From positions 1 through 64,000 of IMG/VR virus record IMGVR_UViG_3300036398_003294: DNA of 64,000 nt, one strand, 5' to 3'. Of this stretch, positions 39,893 to 48,661 are shown in pieces; the stretch's first letter is position 1; each line of letters begins with the position of its first letter. This stretch comes from a virus. The position numbers and the translations under genes are program-made. Under the pieces are notes generated by a model. The model was given only the letters and a program-made list of their open reading frames with translations. It had not been told where the DNA came from and searched no databases.

Positions 39893-40886
39893 GACTATAG
39901 AACATATAACTAGCAACATCCATAATATTTTGATGTGCATGAGCAAGTTTACTTTCAACCCAATCTTCTAAAGGTGTATCATGCTTAATAATATCTGCAA
40001 GAGAAGAAAGTTGAGTAAGCATTTGATTGATGTTAGAAACAGACATATAAGAACCATCAGAATCAGCTTGAAGATCCATAATAGCATTAGCTTTTTTACC
40101 TAGCTTTCTAGCTTCTTTTCTTTTAGTCTTAGCAGTCGTTTTAAGATCTTTAACAGCTTTCTTAACAAGTTCTTCTGCACTCTTAATAATATCAAAAGAC
40201 GAAGCTAGTTTGTCATGCAAATCAGCTGGAATAACATTAGATTTTTTAAGGTATGGTAGATCTTGTTTAGACCATGCAGTTTTATATTCTTTAGCTTTTT
40301 CATCAGCTTTATCTGCTTCAGCTAAAAGTTCATTCATTTCGGATTCAATAGATGCGATTAACATTCTAGCAGTTCTATTAAGAAACTTATTTTGACCAGC
40401 TTGTTTATTAATAAACTTATTAGCTACTCTTGATGCAAGTTTAACATTAAGTTCTTTTTCACAAGACTCTTGAGATTTAGGTGCTTGACCTGTAATTGTA
40501 CCACCATACATACAGGTATTTACTTTCCATTCATCTTCAAAGTCTTGTTCTTTAATCCATTTTTGCCATTCTTTCTTACCTTTGGGTCCTTCATGAAATC
40601 TTGATTCTCTTTGAAGATCTGCTTTCTTAAATTGATCTTTATATTTCTCAGTGTTTTCTTCCCATTCATCTTGAAAATCTTTAGGTTGGTCTTCAAACCA
40701 TTCTTTAAATTCTTTCTTACCTTTGGGGCCTTCATGAAATCTTGATTCTTTATCAAAATCAGCAAACATATCATTTGCCTCAATGCTACCATAATCTCTT
40801 CTCATCATTAGAGGTTGAGATAAGCCTTGATCAGTATCACTACAGCCACAGGCTGTAAAACGATTAAATTTATTTCTTCTTAACAT
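39882..40886 (-). CDS. Hypothetical, probable head-associated protein
   Basis: Two ESRFHEGPKGKKE..W repeats; C-terminal DGSYMS...LEDWVESKLAHA...V..YM motif recalled from large-phage head-region proteins. Confidence 0.65.
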   Translation of the reverse strand: MLRRNKFNRFTACGCSDTDQGLSQPLMMRRDYGSIEANDMFADFDKESRFHEGPKGKKEFKEWFEDQPKDFQDEWEENTEKYKDQFKKADLQRESRFHEGPKGKKEWQKWIKEQDFEDEWKVNTCMYGGTITGQAPKSQESCEKELNVKLASRVANKFINKQAGQNKFLNRTARMLIASIESEMNELLAEADKADEKAKEYKTAWSKQDLPYLKKSNVIPADLHDKLASSFDIIKSAEELVKKAVKDLKTTAKTKRKEARKLGKKANAIMDLQADSDGSYMSVSNINQMLTQLSSLADIIKHDTPLEDWVESKLAHAHQNIMDVASYMFYSPKS

Positions 40887-40890
40887 TTTA

Positions 40891-41451
40891 TTAAAATCCT
40901 TTTCTTTTTCTTAGAGATGCCATCACTTGACGACCTTCTGTGTTAATTTCACGATCTACCATAAGAGCAGGTCTACGAACCATGTAGTTGGGCCATTTTT
41001 CTGACCACTTGGAATAAAAGGTACTTGAATCCACAATGCGAACAGTTTGATCAGGATCAGGGATATTTGGATCAGCTACATAAACATCCATATTACCATC
41101 AGGTTTTTCAACTACATCAAAGACTAAACTAGCATGACTCCATTCTCTACCTTCAGGATTCCAAGAGATAAGAACAGGTTTACCTAGATCAGTCCAGCCT
41201 TTAACTTGCTTTAATGTGGAAGGTACAACTAAAGTGCCTCTACATCCATAATGTTGAAGGCAAGCTAAAACTTCTTCCCATCTAGCACCTTGCATAGGTT
41301 TAGCACCAATTACTTTTTGAACTTCATCTTCTGATGTATCAAAACCTAAAGCATTTAATGCCATAGCTGTAGATGCAGATACACAAGAGTATTGTGTTCT
41401 TTGCCTTACAGGATTGACATTAGCTTTGGCAATACGATTATTAAAAAACAT
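40891..41451 (-). CDS. C39-like cysteine peptidase
   Basis: QRTQYSCVSAS..MAL (oxyanion Gln and catalytic Cys), WSHASLV (His), VADPN (Asp); likely start ATG 41451 after AAAGG. Confidence 0.8.
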   Translation of the reverse strand: MFFNNRIAKANVNPVRQRTQYSCVSASTAMALNALGFDTSEDEVQKVIGAKPMQGARWEEVLACLQHYGCRGTLVVPSTLKQVKGWTDLGKPVLISWNPEGREWSHASLVFDVVEKPDGNMDVYVADPNIPDPDQTVRIVDSSTFYSKWSEKWPNYMVRRPALMVDREINTEGRQVMASLRKRKGF

Positions 41452-41529
41452 AGGAATAGAACCTTTCATCTTTATATGTATGCAAGATAGATTGAATATA
41501 AAAAGAATATGAAAAAAAGTTTTAAAAAG

Positions 41530-41558
41530 TTGCAATAGATGCTTATCCATAAGTGTTT
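41530..41558 (+). promoter_or_regulatory. Conserved cassette motif, copy 6
   Basis: TTGCAAT-agat-GC-ttatcca-TAAGTGTTT. Confidence 0.8.
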
Positions 41559-41595
41559 TAGGTATGTAAGAAACGAAATGAAAGGAAAGGAAAAA

Positions 41596-41907
41596 ATGAT
41601 GAAGTCAATTCTTAATACTCTTGCTCTTAATGGTTTCACTCTCAATATTGAAGTTGAGAATGATCTTAGTATCTCTGGTGACATCTCTATGAATGACATA
41701 AAGAGAGATTTCTATCTCACAAACAAAGACTTTACTTTGATTGAGTTTGTGTATGACTATTCAACAGGTACTTATAATGACAATGTGTTATTAGAAGTCT
41801 TAACAGATGATCTTGGTCTTATTACTACTATGACTAAAGAAATCTTTGATAACATAGACAATGAGATCAAAGGTGAAGAACTCTACTTAGAATACATGAA
41901 AGGATAA
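41596..41907 (+). CDS. Small acidic hypothetical protein (motif-headed cassette)
   Basis: Likely start ATG 41596 after AAGG. Confidence 0.75.
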   Translation: MMKSILNTLALNGFTLNIEVENDLSISGDISMNDIKRDFYLTNKDFTLIEFVYDYSTGTYNDNVLLEVLTDDLGLITTMTKEIFDNIDNEIKGEELYLEYMKG

Positions 41908-41911
41908 AAAA

Positions 41912-42187
41912 ATGAACAACAGTCAACCAACAAAGGAGTTATCCAAAATGGAAGAACTAGAAAATTTAATTGCCAAGAATGGCAAAGTAGAAGGCAACCT
42001 TGTAGGCATAGATGGTAATGCTATTGCTTTGATAGGATATACATCACAATGCTTAAGAAGAGCAAAGTGGTCTAGAAAAGATATTGAAACATTTCAAAAG
42101 ATTGCTTTAAGTGGTGATTACAACAATGTGATTTGTTGCTGTGTATTGGTCTTAACCTTTGAAGATGAAAGTGGAGACTTATGCTAG
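41912..42187 (+). CDS. Conserved phage hypothetical protein
   Basis: LVGIDGNAIALIG...LRRA.W...I.....ALSGDY motif recalled as widespread in phages. Confidence 0.75.
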   Translation: MNNSQPTKELSKMEELENLIAKNGKVEGNLVGIDGNAIALIGYTSQCLRRAKWSRKDIETFQKIALSGDYNNVICCCVLVLTFEDESGDLC

Positions 42188-42411
42188 TAGGAGTTGCACT
42201 TGATTTTGAAAATCTCTGTAAAAAGCATGGTTGGGAAAAGAAAAACAATTACTTGTATGTTGATTCAGAAACAGGATTGGTTTTGAAAATCAAAAGTGAT
42301 TGTGTAATTCTTTCACATGAAGATGGTCTTGATGATGAAATCCCTTTAATAGGATCAGCCATAGAAACAATGGCAGTGGTCAAAAGTCTAAGAAAAGAAT
42401 ATTTATATTAA
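42181..42411 (+). CDS. Hypothetical protein
   Basis: 76 aa, RBS GGAG, overlaps previous stop. Confidence 0.7.
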   Translation: MLVGVALDFENLCKKHGWEKKNNYLYVDSETGLVLKIKSDCVILSHEDGLDDEIPLIGSAIETMAVVKSLRKEYLY

Positions 42412-42487
42412 GATTGTAAAAATCTGTGAATATACTCTAAGCAATAACACACACACTTATCAATCTATCAAAAAAGGATTTAAAAAG

Positions 42488-43765
42488 ATGAGTACCTTAC
42501 TTACATTAACATCTAATACAGATGTGAAAAATATCAAAGCACTATTTGATAATCCAAATAGCTTTCAAATCACTAATGACAACCTTAATTTTCCATTTCA
42601 ATGCTACTTTGTAGGTGGCAGGTTGGAAAACATTAAAGAAGTGATTTTACCTGCATTAAGAAAAGAATTAGGAATGCACCTTGTCTTTGGTGGACATAAA
42701 GATCCAACTAAAAAATCTTTTCCTGTTATTCCATTTACAACAATGGTTGTGTTTCATTTAAAAGATATGTCAGGACATCCCATAAGAGAATGGGCAAAAA
42801 AAGAAGCTGATGATATTGGTGTGCCTTTCATTGAGATTGTGCAAAAAATCAAGCCTACTATTGATACCATACAAAAGCATTATCCAAACTTTTGGGAAAT
42901 ATCACAAAGGTTTAAAATGTTAAGGTCTTTACTACCTGCAGAAGACTGCAAGCAAGAAAGTGAGTTTTTTGTGTTTACCATTGAGAATTTCATTAAAACT
43001 CTTACTGAAAAAGAAGATTGGTTAGTGATTGAAAAGAACTGTATGGCAAAACCATATAGACTACTGCCTGTAAATGTGCATAATGAAAACACTACTGCTT
43101 TTTATAGGAAGTGTGCAAAAGAAAACATCAATAAATTTTTAGATGGTGTTGAAAATCCTATGGATAAAAAGACAGACAATATCCCACCTAGAATGCAGTC
43201 TTGGTATGAAGAAGGTGCTGATTTATTATCAGCACATATCTTATCTATTCTACAAGGCAAATCAGATAGGTATAGCAAAGAGCAATACCTTGAGATCAAA
43301 AGACAGTGGCTTATTGATATGATCACAGATCCTACTCTTGATAAAGAATGGACTAAAAACTTTCACAAAATAGATTTAGCTTTTAAAGGCATCTTTGGTT
43401 GTGGCATTCCATCTGTATTAAAAACAGAAGTAAAAGACATGATGGAAATGAAATACCAAGATGATTTTAAACATATTTTACCAGCTGTTAAGCAAGAACA
43501 ACCTATTGTTGTTGAGCAACCTATTGTTGAGCAACCTATTGAAAAGGATATACCTGTTATGAAACAAACAGATACTATTATTAAAACTGAAACCAAACTC
43601 TTAAAGAGTGCAGGTATTAATGGCATGAGATTCCAAATGACAGAAGGTGCTACCTTGATCATTGAGAATATCCAAATCACTGATTTGGACTTAAAGGAAT
43701 GCACTCAAGTGGTTATTAAAAATGTAAATGGTAATCAAGTTGGTGAATTAAAGATTACTTTCTAA
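42488..43765 (+). CDS. Hypothetical protein
   Basis: 425 aa, RBS AAGGA; EQPIV linker repeat. Confidence 0.75.
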   Translation: MSTLLTLTSNTDVKNIKALFDNPNSFQITNDNLNFPFQCYFVGGRLENIKEVILPALRKELGMHLVFGGHKDPTKKSFPVIPFTTMVVFHLKDMSGHPIREWAKKEADDIGVPFIEIVQKIKPTIDTIQKHYPNFWEISQRFKMLRSLLPAEDCKQESEFFVFTIENFIKTLTEKEDWLVIEKNCMAKPYRLLPVNVHNENTTAFYRKCAKENINKFLDGVENPMDKKTDNIPPRMQSWYEEGADLLSAHILSILQGKSDRYSKEQYLEIKRQWLIDMITDPTLDKEWTKNFHKIDLAFKGIFGCGIPSVLKTEVKDMMEMKYQDDFKHILPAVKQEQPIVVEQPIVEQPIEKDIPVMKQTDTIIKTETKLLKSAGINGMRFQMTEGATLIIENIQITDLDLKECTQVVIKNVNGNQVGELKITF

Positions 43766-44256
43766 AATAGAATTTTTTTAGCATCATTTTGAATTTTCTT
43801 AATATACTTATTTATAATGGTTGAACTCACACCTTTTGAATGTAATAATTTCTCAAGCACTGCTTCTGAATGAGAACTAAAATTTTCCATAATATATTCT
43901 TGAGTATATTCAAAAATCTCACCATCATCATCATCAATATGACTAAAGTTTTCTAAGTATTTAATACCATCAAAAACAATATCCATAATCATATCTTTTA
44001 CAGCACCAGCACTTTTGAAACTAGCTTTCTTACCTGTAAAGTATTCGCTTGGATCTTTTTTACAATGGACTTTATCGCCCGGGTTCTTATATTTACAGTA
44101 AATGCTCCAAGCTGTACTAAAAGCATATCCTGTATCATATCCTTTTTCTTTTTCAAAAAACTCTGCCTTGTCTTGAACATATTTTGGAATATCTCTATCT
44201 TCAGCAGATAATCTTTGTAACATAGCTTTTCTAATAGCATTGTGCTTGAAATTCAT
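43762..44256 (-). CDS. Hypothetical, possible internal virion protein
   Basis: Likely start ATG 44256 after AAGGAAG; PKYVQD...AFSTAWSIYC motif. Confidence 0.65.
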   Translation of the reverse strand: MNFKHNAIRKAMLQRLSAEDRDIPKYVQDKAEFFEKEKGYDTGYAFSTAWSIYCKYKNPGDKVHCKKDPSEYFTGKKASFKSAGAVKDMIMDIVFDGIKYLENFSHIDDDDGEIFEYTQEYIMENFSSHSEAVLEKLLHSKGVSSTIINKYIKKIQNDAKKILF

Positions 44257-44378
44257 GGCTTCACACTTCCTTTTCTTTATTTTCAATAAGACAAACAAAA
44301 TAAATACATTATTAAAAGTAAAACACAATCCCAATCATATATGTGAATATATCCATACCATCACTGAAGGTAAACCTT

Positions 44379-45119
44379 ATGTCAAACCTACTCTTTCAAA
44401 AATTTGAACAAATCGTTCGCAAACGAATTGAAGAAAATGATCAAGATATTAAAGATTTTCTACAATCTCTTGATCCAGAGTTCTACTCTCAATCTGAATT
44501 TTGGTTAAATGTTTTCCAACACCATACAGCCTTTGAACTTAATACAGATAAATATAAATCTCTTTATGCTTTTATGCTTTACCAATTAGATGCCACTACT
44601 TTAACAGATACTCGCAAAGCAGGTATAGATACTGCTACTATCTTAGGTAAAGAAATCGGATCTATACCTTTACAGGAAGAAATGGTCTTTTCATTTAAAG
44701 ATGAACATGGTCTTTTATGTCCAACTACACTGCATACTCGCATTAAAGATAAAAAACAATTTTCTGTTCTTGATTACTGCATTTCTAAATACCTTGAATC
44801 AAATGATCCATATTACTTCACTTTCTATTACCTTACTCTTGGTGATGTTCTTTTAAACACACTACAAAATGTTTTATTAGACCATTCAGCACAGCAATGG
44901 ATTTTTAAACAATTATCTATTGCACTACAGGTAGAGGCTGATTTATGTTCTTTAAAACACCTACCTACTTTAGAAGATTTACATGATCTCATGGTCAATA
45001 ATTATGGTTCAAATCTTAAAGATTTGAATAAAATGGAAGCATTTCAAGAACAGTATGGTTTATATTATCAATATAGAAGAAAGCCATTAGATTATTTTTT
45101 TAAAAAGTTTTTTTTCTAA
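44379..45119 (+). CDS. Hypothetical protein
   Basis: Likely start ATG 44379 after GAAGG. Confidence 0.7.
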   Translation: MSNLLFQKFEQIVRKRIEENDQDIKDFLQSLDPEFYSQSEFWLNVFQHHTAFELNTDKYKSLYAFMLYQLDATTLTDTRKAGIDTATILGKEIGSIPLQEEMVFSFKDEHGLLCPTTLHTRIKDKKQFSVLDYCISKYLESNDPYYFTFYYLTLGDVLLNTLQNVLLDHSAQQWIFKQLSIALQVEADLCSLKHLPTLEDLHDLMVNNYGSNLKDLNKMEAFQEQYGLYYQYRRKPLDYFFKKFFF

Positions 45120-45121
45120 AG

Positions 45122-45150
45122 TTGCAATGAAAGCCTTTTGGTAAGTGTTT
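45122..45150 (+). promoter_or_regulatory. Conserved cassette motif, copy 7
   Basis: TTGCAAT-gaaa-GC-cttttgg-TAAGTGTTT. Confidence 0.8.
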
Positions 45151-45173
45151 TATATATGTAGGAAACGAACACT

Positions 45174-45425
45174 ATGGAGCAAAAAATGACAAACTCTACA
45201 AAAGGTAATGAAACTATGACAAATCAAAAAACATGGTCTACCAACCAACCAGCTTACAATTGGTCTAACATTTCTGAACATCCAGCATCACCTACTTGGG
45301 GTCAAATGGATACTTTGCCTAAATCAACAGATGAATGGCATCTTTCTGATATTGATCCAAGTGAATGGATGTCTAGTGAAGATGAATTTATGGAAGAAAA
45401 TGAAACTGAAGCCAAAGGGAAATAA
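45174..45425 (+). CDS. Small acidic, Trp-spaced hypothetical protein
   Basis: 83 aa, several possible starts, directly after motif copy 7. Confidence 0.6.
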   Translation: MEQKMTNSTKGNETMTNQKTWSTNQPAYNWSNISEHPASPTWGQMDTLPKSTDEWHLSDIDPSEWMSSEDEFMEENETEAKGK

Positions 45426-45427
45426 AA

Positions 45428-45628
45428 ATGACTACTGAAGAAAAACTTTTAGAAATCATTGCTAAAATAGCAACAGATAAAGCACTACAAACAAAAGTGA
45501 TTGCTCTTTATGAAGAACATAAAATTGAACCACTAAAAAAATATGCTTGGTTTAATGAATCACAAAAGAAAGATGAGTTTAAAAATCCACTCTTTGATTC
45601 CTTGTTTGGACACCAATTTAAAAGATAA
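45428..45628 (+). CDS. Hypothetical protein
   Basis: 66 aa, RBS AAGGGA. Confidence 0.65.
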   Translation: MTTEEKLLEIIAKIATDKALQTKVIALYEEHKIEPLKKYAWFNESQKKDEFKNPLFDSLFGHQFKR

Positions 45629-45646
45629 TTTAAGAAAGAAAACAGA

Positions 45647-48640
45647 ATGCTTACTGCATACCTAAACCAACTCAAAGATATTAAATCTCGTAACGGTTCT
45701 GAATACTCTTACAGACCTGCACTTAAATCCATTCTTAAAGGTCTTGTCTTTACTGATGAACCAACAGGCAAAGGTAAAAATAAAATCGATATGGAAGTCT
45801 ATACTCAAAATTCTTTGGTAGCTTTCTATATCGAAACTAAAAACCTTAATGAAGACTTATCCCATCCAAAACACCAAGACCAATTCAATAGATATAAGCA
45901 GGCATTTCCTAAATTGCTTATCACTAACTTTATTGACTTTGAATTTTACCAAGATGGCAACTTGCTGGATAAATGCACATTATCTGATGCTCTTAGCTTT
46001 GATAAGTTTAACACCTTGCTAGATAATTTCATGGCAAGCACTATCCAATTTAATAGTCCTTTGGCATTAGCTAAAAAACTTGCAGATAAAACCAAATCCT
46101 TAAAATCTGAAATCCTGTCTACTTTAAATACAGATGATCTTGAAATTGAGCAGAAGATTAAAACTAAAAAGAAGTACAAGCTAGTAGCATATAGGAATGA
46201 ATTTAAGAAAATGCTTATTGAGGATATTGATAACAATCAATTTGCAGACCTGTATGCACAAACTTTAACTTATGGTTTATTTGCATCAAGATACTATGCT
46301 TATCAAAAAGATCCTAATGCTATCTTTACTAGATCAGATGCCTCGAATCTTATCCCAAATACCAATCCTTTATTAAAGCAATTCTTTGATACCATCAGTA
46401 ATGATAAAAATGAATTATCCCAAAGCATTAACAATTTAATTGATGCCATCACTGTCATTTTAGCTAATACAGATATGTCTAAAATCATCTCTTCTTTAAA
46501 GCTGGCTAACAATGATATTGTCATTCACTTTTATGAAAACTTCCTTGAGCAATATGATCCAGAATTAAGAAAGCAAATGGGTGTTTGGTATACACCTGTA
46601 GAAGTAGTGAACTATATTGTCAAAGGTGTAGATGAATTATTAAAAACTAAGTTTGCTATTAAAGATGGTATTTCATCTAGTGAAAAGCAATCATATACCT
46701 ATACTAAAAAAGTAAAGGTAGGCAAAGATTCATATAAAACAGAAACCTGCATTAAAGATAATGTGCATAAAGTACAGATTTTAGATCCTGCTACAGGCAC
46801 AGGTAATTTTTTAAATTCAGTAGTGGAATACATTAAGACAAATTACAAGTACTCATCCTTATGGAATGACTATGTAAATAAAGACTTGATACCTAGATTA
46901 AATGGATTTGAATTGATGATGCCTTCTTATGTGATGGCTCACATGAAGATGTATGAATTATTAAAAGACAGTTTAACAGAAGATACAGACAGGTTTAACA
47001 TTTACTTAACAAACACCTTAAATGGTGCAGTGGATGTAGAAGAGCATTTATTAAGTGTAAGTGATTTGGTATATCAATTAAATGAAGAGGCAATAGGTGC
47101 AAATAGAGTAAGACAAGAACAGCCTGTGATGGTAGTCTTAGGTAATCCTCCTTATAATGGTAATAGTAAGAATAATGGTACTTTTATCACTGAACTTATG
47201 AGTGAATATGCACAGAAAGGTAAAAATATTGGCAAAGGTCTTAATGATGATTACATTAAGTTTATTAGATATGGACAATCTCTTATTGATCAAAACCAAT
47301 CAGGTATTCTAGCTTATATCTCAAATAATAGTTTTATCAAAAGCCTTGCCTGCTCCAAAATGAGAGAGTCTTTATTAGGAAGTTTTGATGAGATTTATAT
47401 TCTCAATTTACATGGTGATAAAGATGAGAATATTTTTAGTATCACCACACCTGTCTGCATATCATTCTTTGTTAAGACTAATAAGAAAGCAGTAGGTAAA
47501 TTAGGTAAAGTCTTTTATCATGAGATTAAAGGTTTAAAATCAGATAAAATCTCTTATTGTACTAATCAAGTCTTGAATGAAGATTTTAAAGAGATTGAGA
47601 TTATAGGTGATGAGAAGTATTTTTATTCTCAAGATGTTACAATTTTCAATCAGTATAATCAAAACTCTTTTGCTTTGTGTGATTTATTCTTAGAAAAACA
47701 GCAAGGGGTTTTAACAGCTTGTGATGATTTAGTCGTGGATACTAATAAAGAAAGATTAGAACTAAAAATAAAATTATACCAAGATGTAGGTCAACTACCC
47801 ATTTCTATTGAAAAAAGCAAAGAAACAAAAAGAAGTGCTAAATATCATTTAAAAAACTTAAAAAATAAAAAAGGGAAGATTAAATTGTTTCCTTATAGAC
47901 CTTTTGATATTAGAGTGCTTTATGATTCAGATATGGTTCTTTTTAAGAAAAAAGAACTAACACAGCATGAACAAGTACATGAAAATATCTATTTTAATTT
48001 CACTCCTAATTGTTGGGATAAAAACAATTACTCTCATATCTTAATATCCAAAAATACACCTTGTAATCATCTTTTTGCACATGGGACTACATACACAGCA
48101 CCTTTATATCTCCACTCACCTAATGTTATTGATCCATCTGCTCCTCAATTCACATCTAACCTAAACACTACCATCACAGCTAAATTCACTTCCCTTGAAT
48201 CCACCATCACAGATTTAGATATTGTAGACTATATTTATGGTGTGCTTAATGATAAAGCATACACTACTAAATACAATCAGTTTCTTAAATCTAATTATCC
48301 AAAAGTACCTTATCCAAAAGATATTGATACTTTCAATACTTATAAAGATGCAGGCAGTAAACTTAGACAAGTTCATCTCGATGATAACACTCAAGATGCA
48401 CAATCCACTTATAATGCCACTACCAATAATAAGATTGAAAAAGTTTCTTTTGATGCAGATAAAGTATATTTCAATAAGTCCAGCTACTTCGATAACATTT
48501 CTCAAGAGATGTGGGATTTTAAAATAGGAGCAAGCCAACCTTTAAAGAATTGGTTAGAAAGTAGAAAAGAAGATACCTTTGACCAAACCATGATTGAGCA
48601 ATATTTAAATGTTGTATATAAAGTAAGAAACTCTCTATAA
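45647..48640 (+). CDS. Type IIG/ISP-like restriction-modification enzyme (nuclease-like domain, N6-adenine MTase, TRD)
   Basis: SEYSYRPAL...EP...D...IETK nuclease-like N-terminus; FADLYAQTLTYGLF; GVWYTP; ILDPATGTG (motif I); GNPPY (motif IV); YRPFD; DYIYGVL...Y...L...YPKVP. Confidence 0.9.
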   Translation: MLTAYLNQLKDIKSRNGSEYSYRPALKSILKGLVFTDEPTGKGKNKIDMEVYTQNSLVAFYIETKNLNEDLSHPKHQDQFNRYKQAFPKLLITNFIDFEFYQDGNLLDKCTLSDALSFDKFNTLLDNFMASTIQFNSPLALAKKLADKTKSLKSEILSTLNTDDLEIEQKIKTKKKYKLVAYRNEFKKMLIEDIDNNQFADLYAQTLTYGLFASRYYAYQKDPNAIFTRSDASNLIPNTNPLLKQFFDTISNDKNELSQSINNLIDAITVILANTDMSKIISSLKLANNDIVIHFYENFLEQYDPELRKQMGVWYTPVEVVNYIVKGVDELLKTKFAIKDGISSSEKQSYTYTKKVKVGKDSYKTETCIKDNVHKVQILDPATGTGNFLNSVVEYIKTNYKYSSLWNDYVNKDLIPRLNGFELMMPSYVMAHMKMYELLKDSLTEDTDRFNIYLTNTLNGAVDVEEHLLSVSDLVYQLNEEAIGANRVRQEQPVMVVLGNPPYNGNSKNNGTFITELMSEYAQKGKNIGKGLNDDYIKFIRYGQSLIDQNQSGILAYISNNSFIKSLACSKMRESLLGSFDEIYILNLHGDKDENIFSITTPVCISFFVKTNKKAVGKLGKVFYHEIKGLKSDKISYCTNQVLNEDFKEIEIIGDEKYFYSQDVTIFNQYNQNSFALCDLFLEKQQGVLTACDDLVVDTNKERLELKIKLYQDVGQLPISIEKSKETKRSAKYHLKNLKNKKGKIKLFPYRPFDIRVLYDSDMVLFKKKELTQHEQVHENIYFNFTPNCWDKNNYSHILISKNTPCNHLFAHGTTYTAPLYLHSPNVIDPSAPQFTSNLNTTITAKFTSLESTITDLDIVDYIYGVLNDKAYTTKYNQFLKSNYPKVPYPKDIDTFNTYKDAGSKLRQVHLDDNTQDAQSTYNATTNNKIEKVSFDADKVYFNKSSYFDNISQEMWDFKIGASQPLKNWLESRKEDTFDQTMIEQYLNVVYKVRNSL

Positions 48641-48661
48641 TTGATTGTAGGATAATACACA

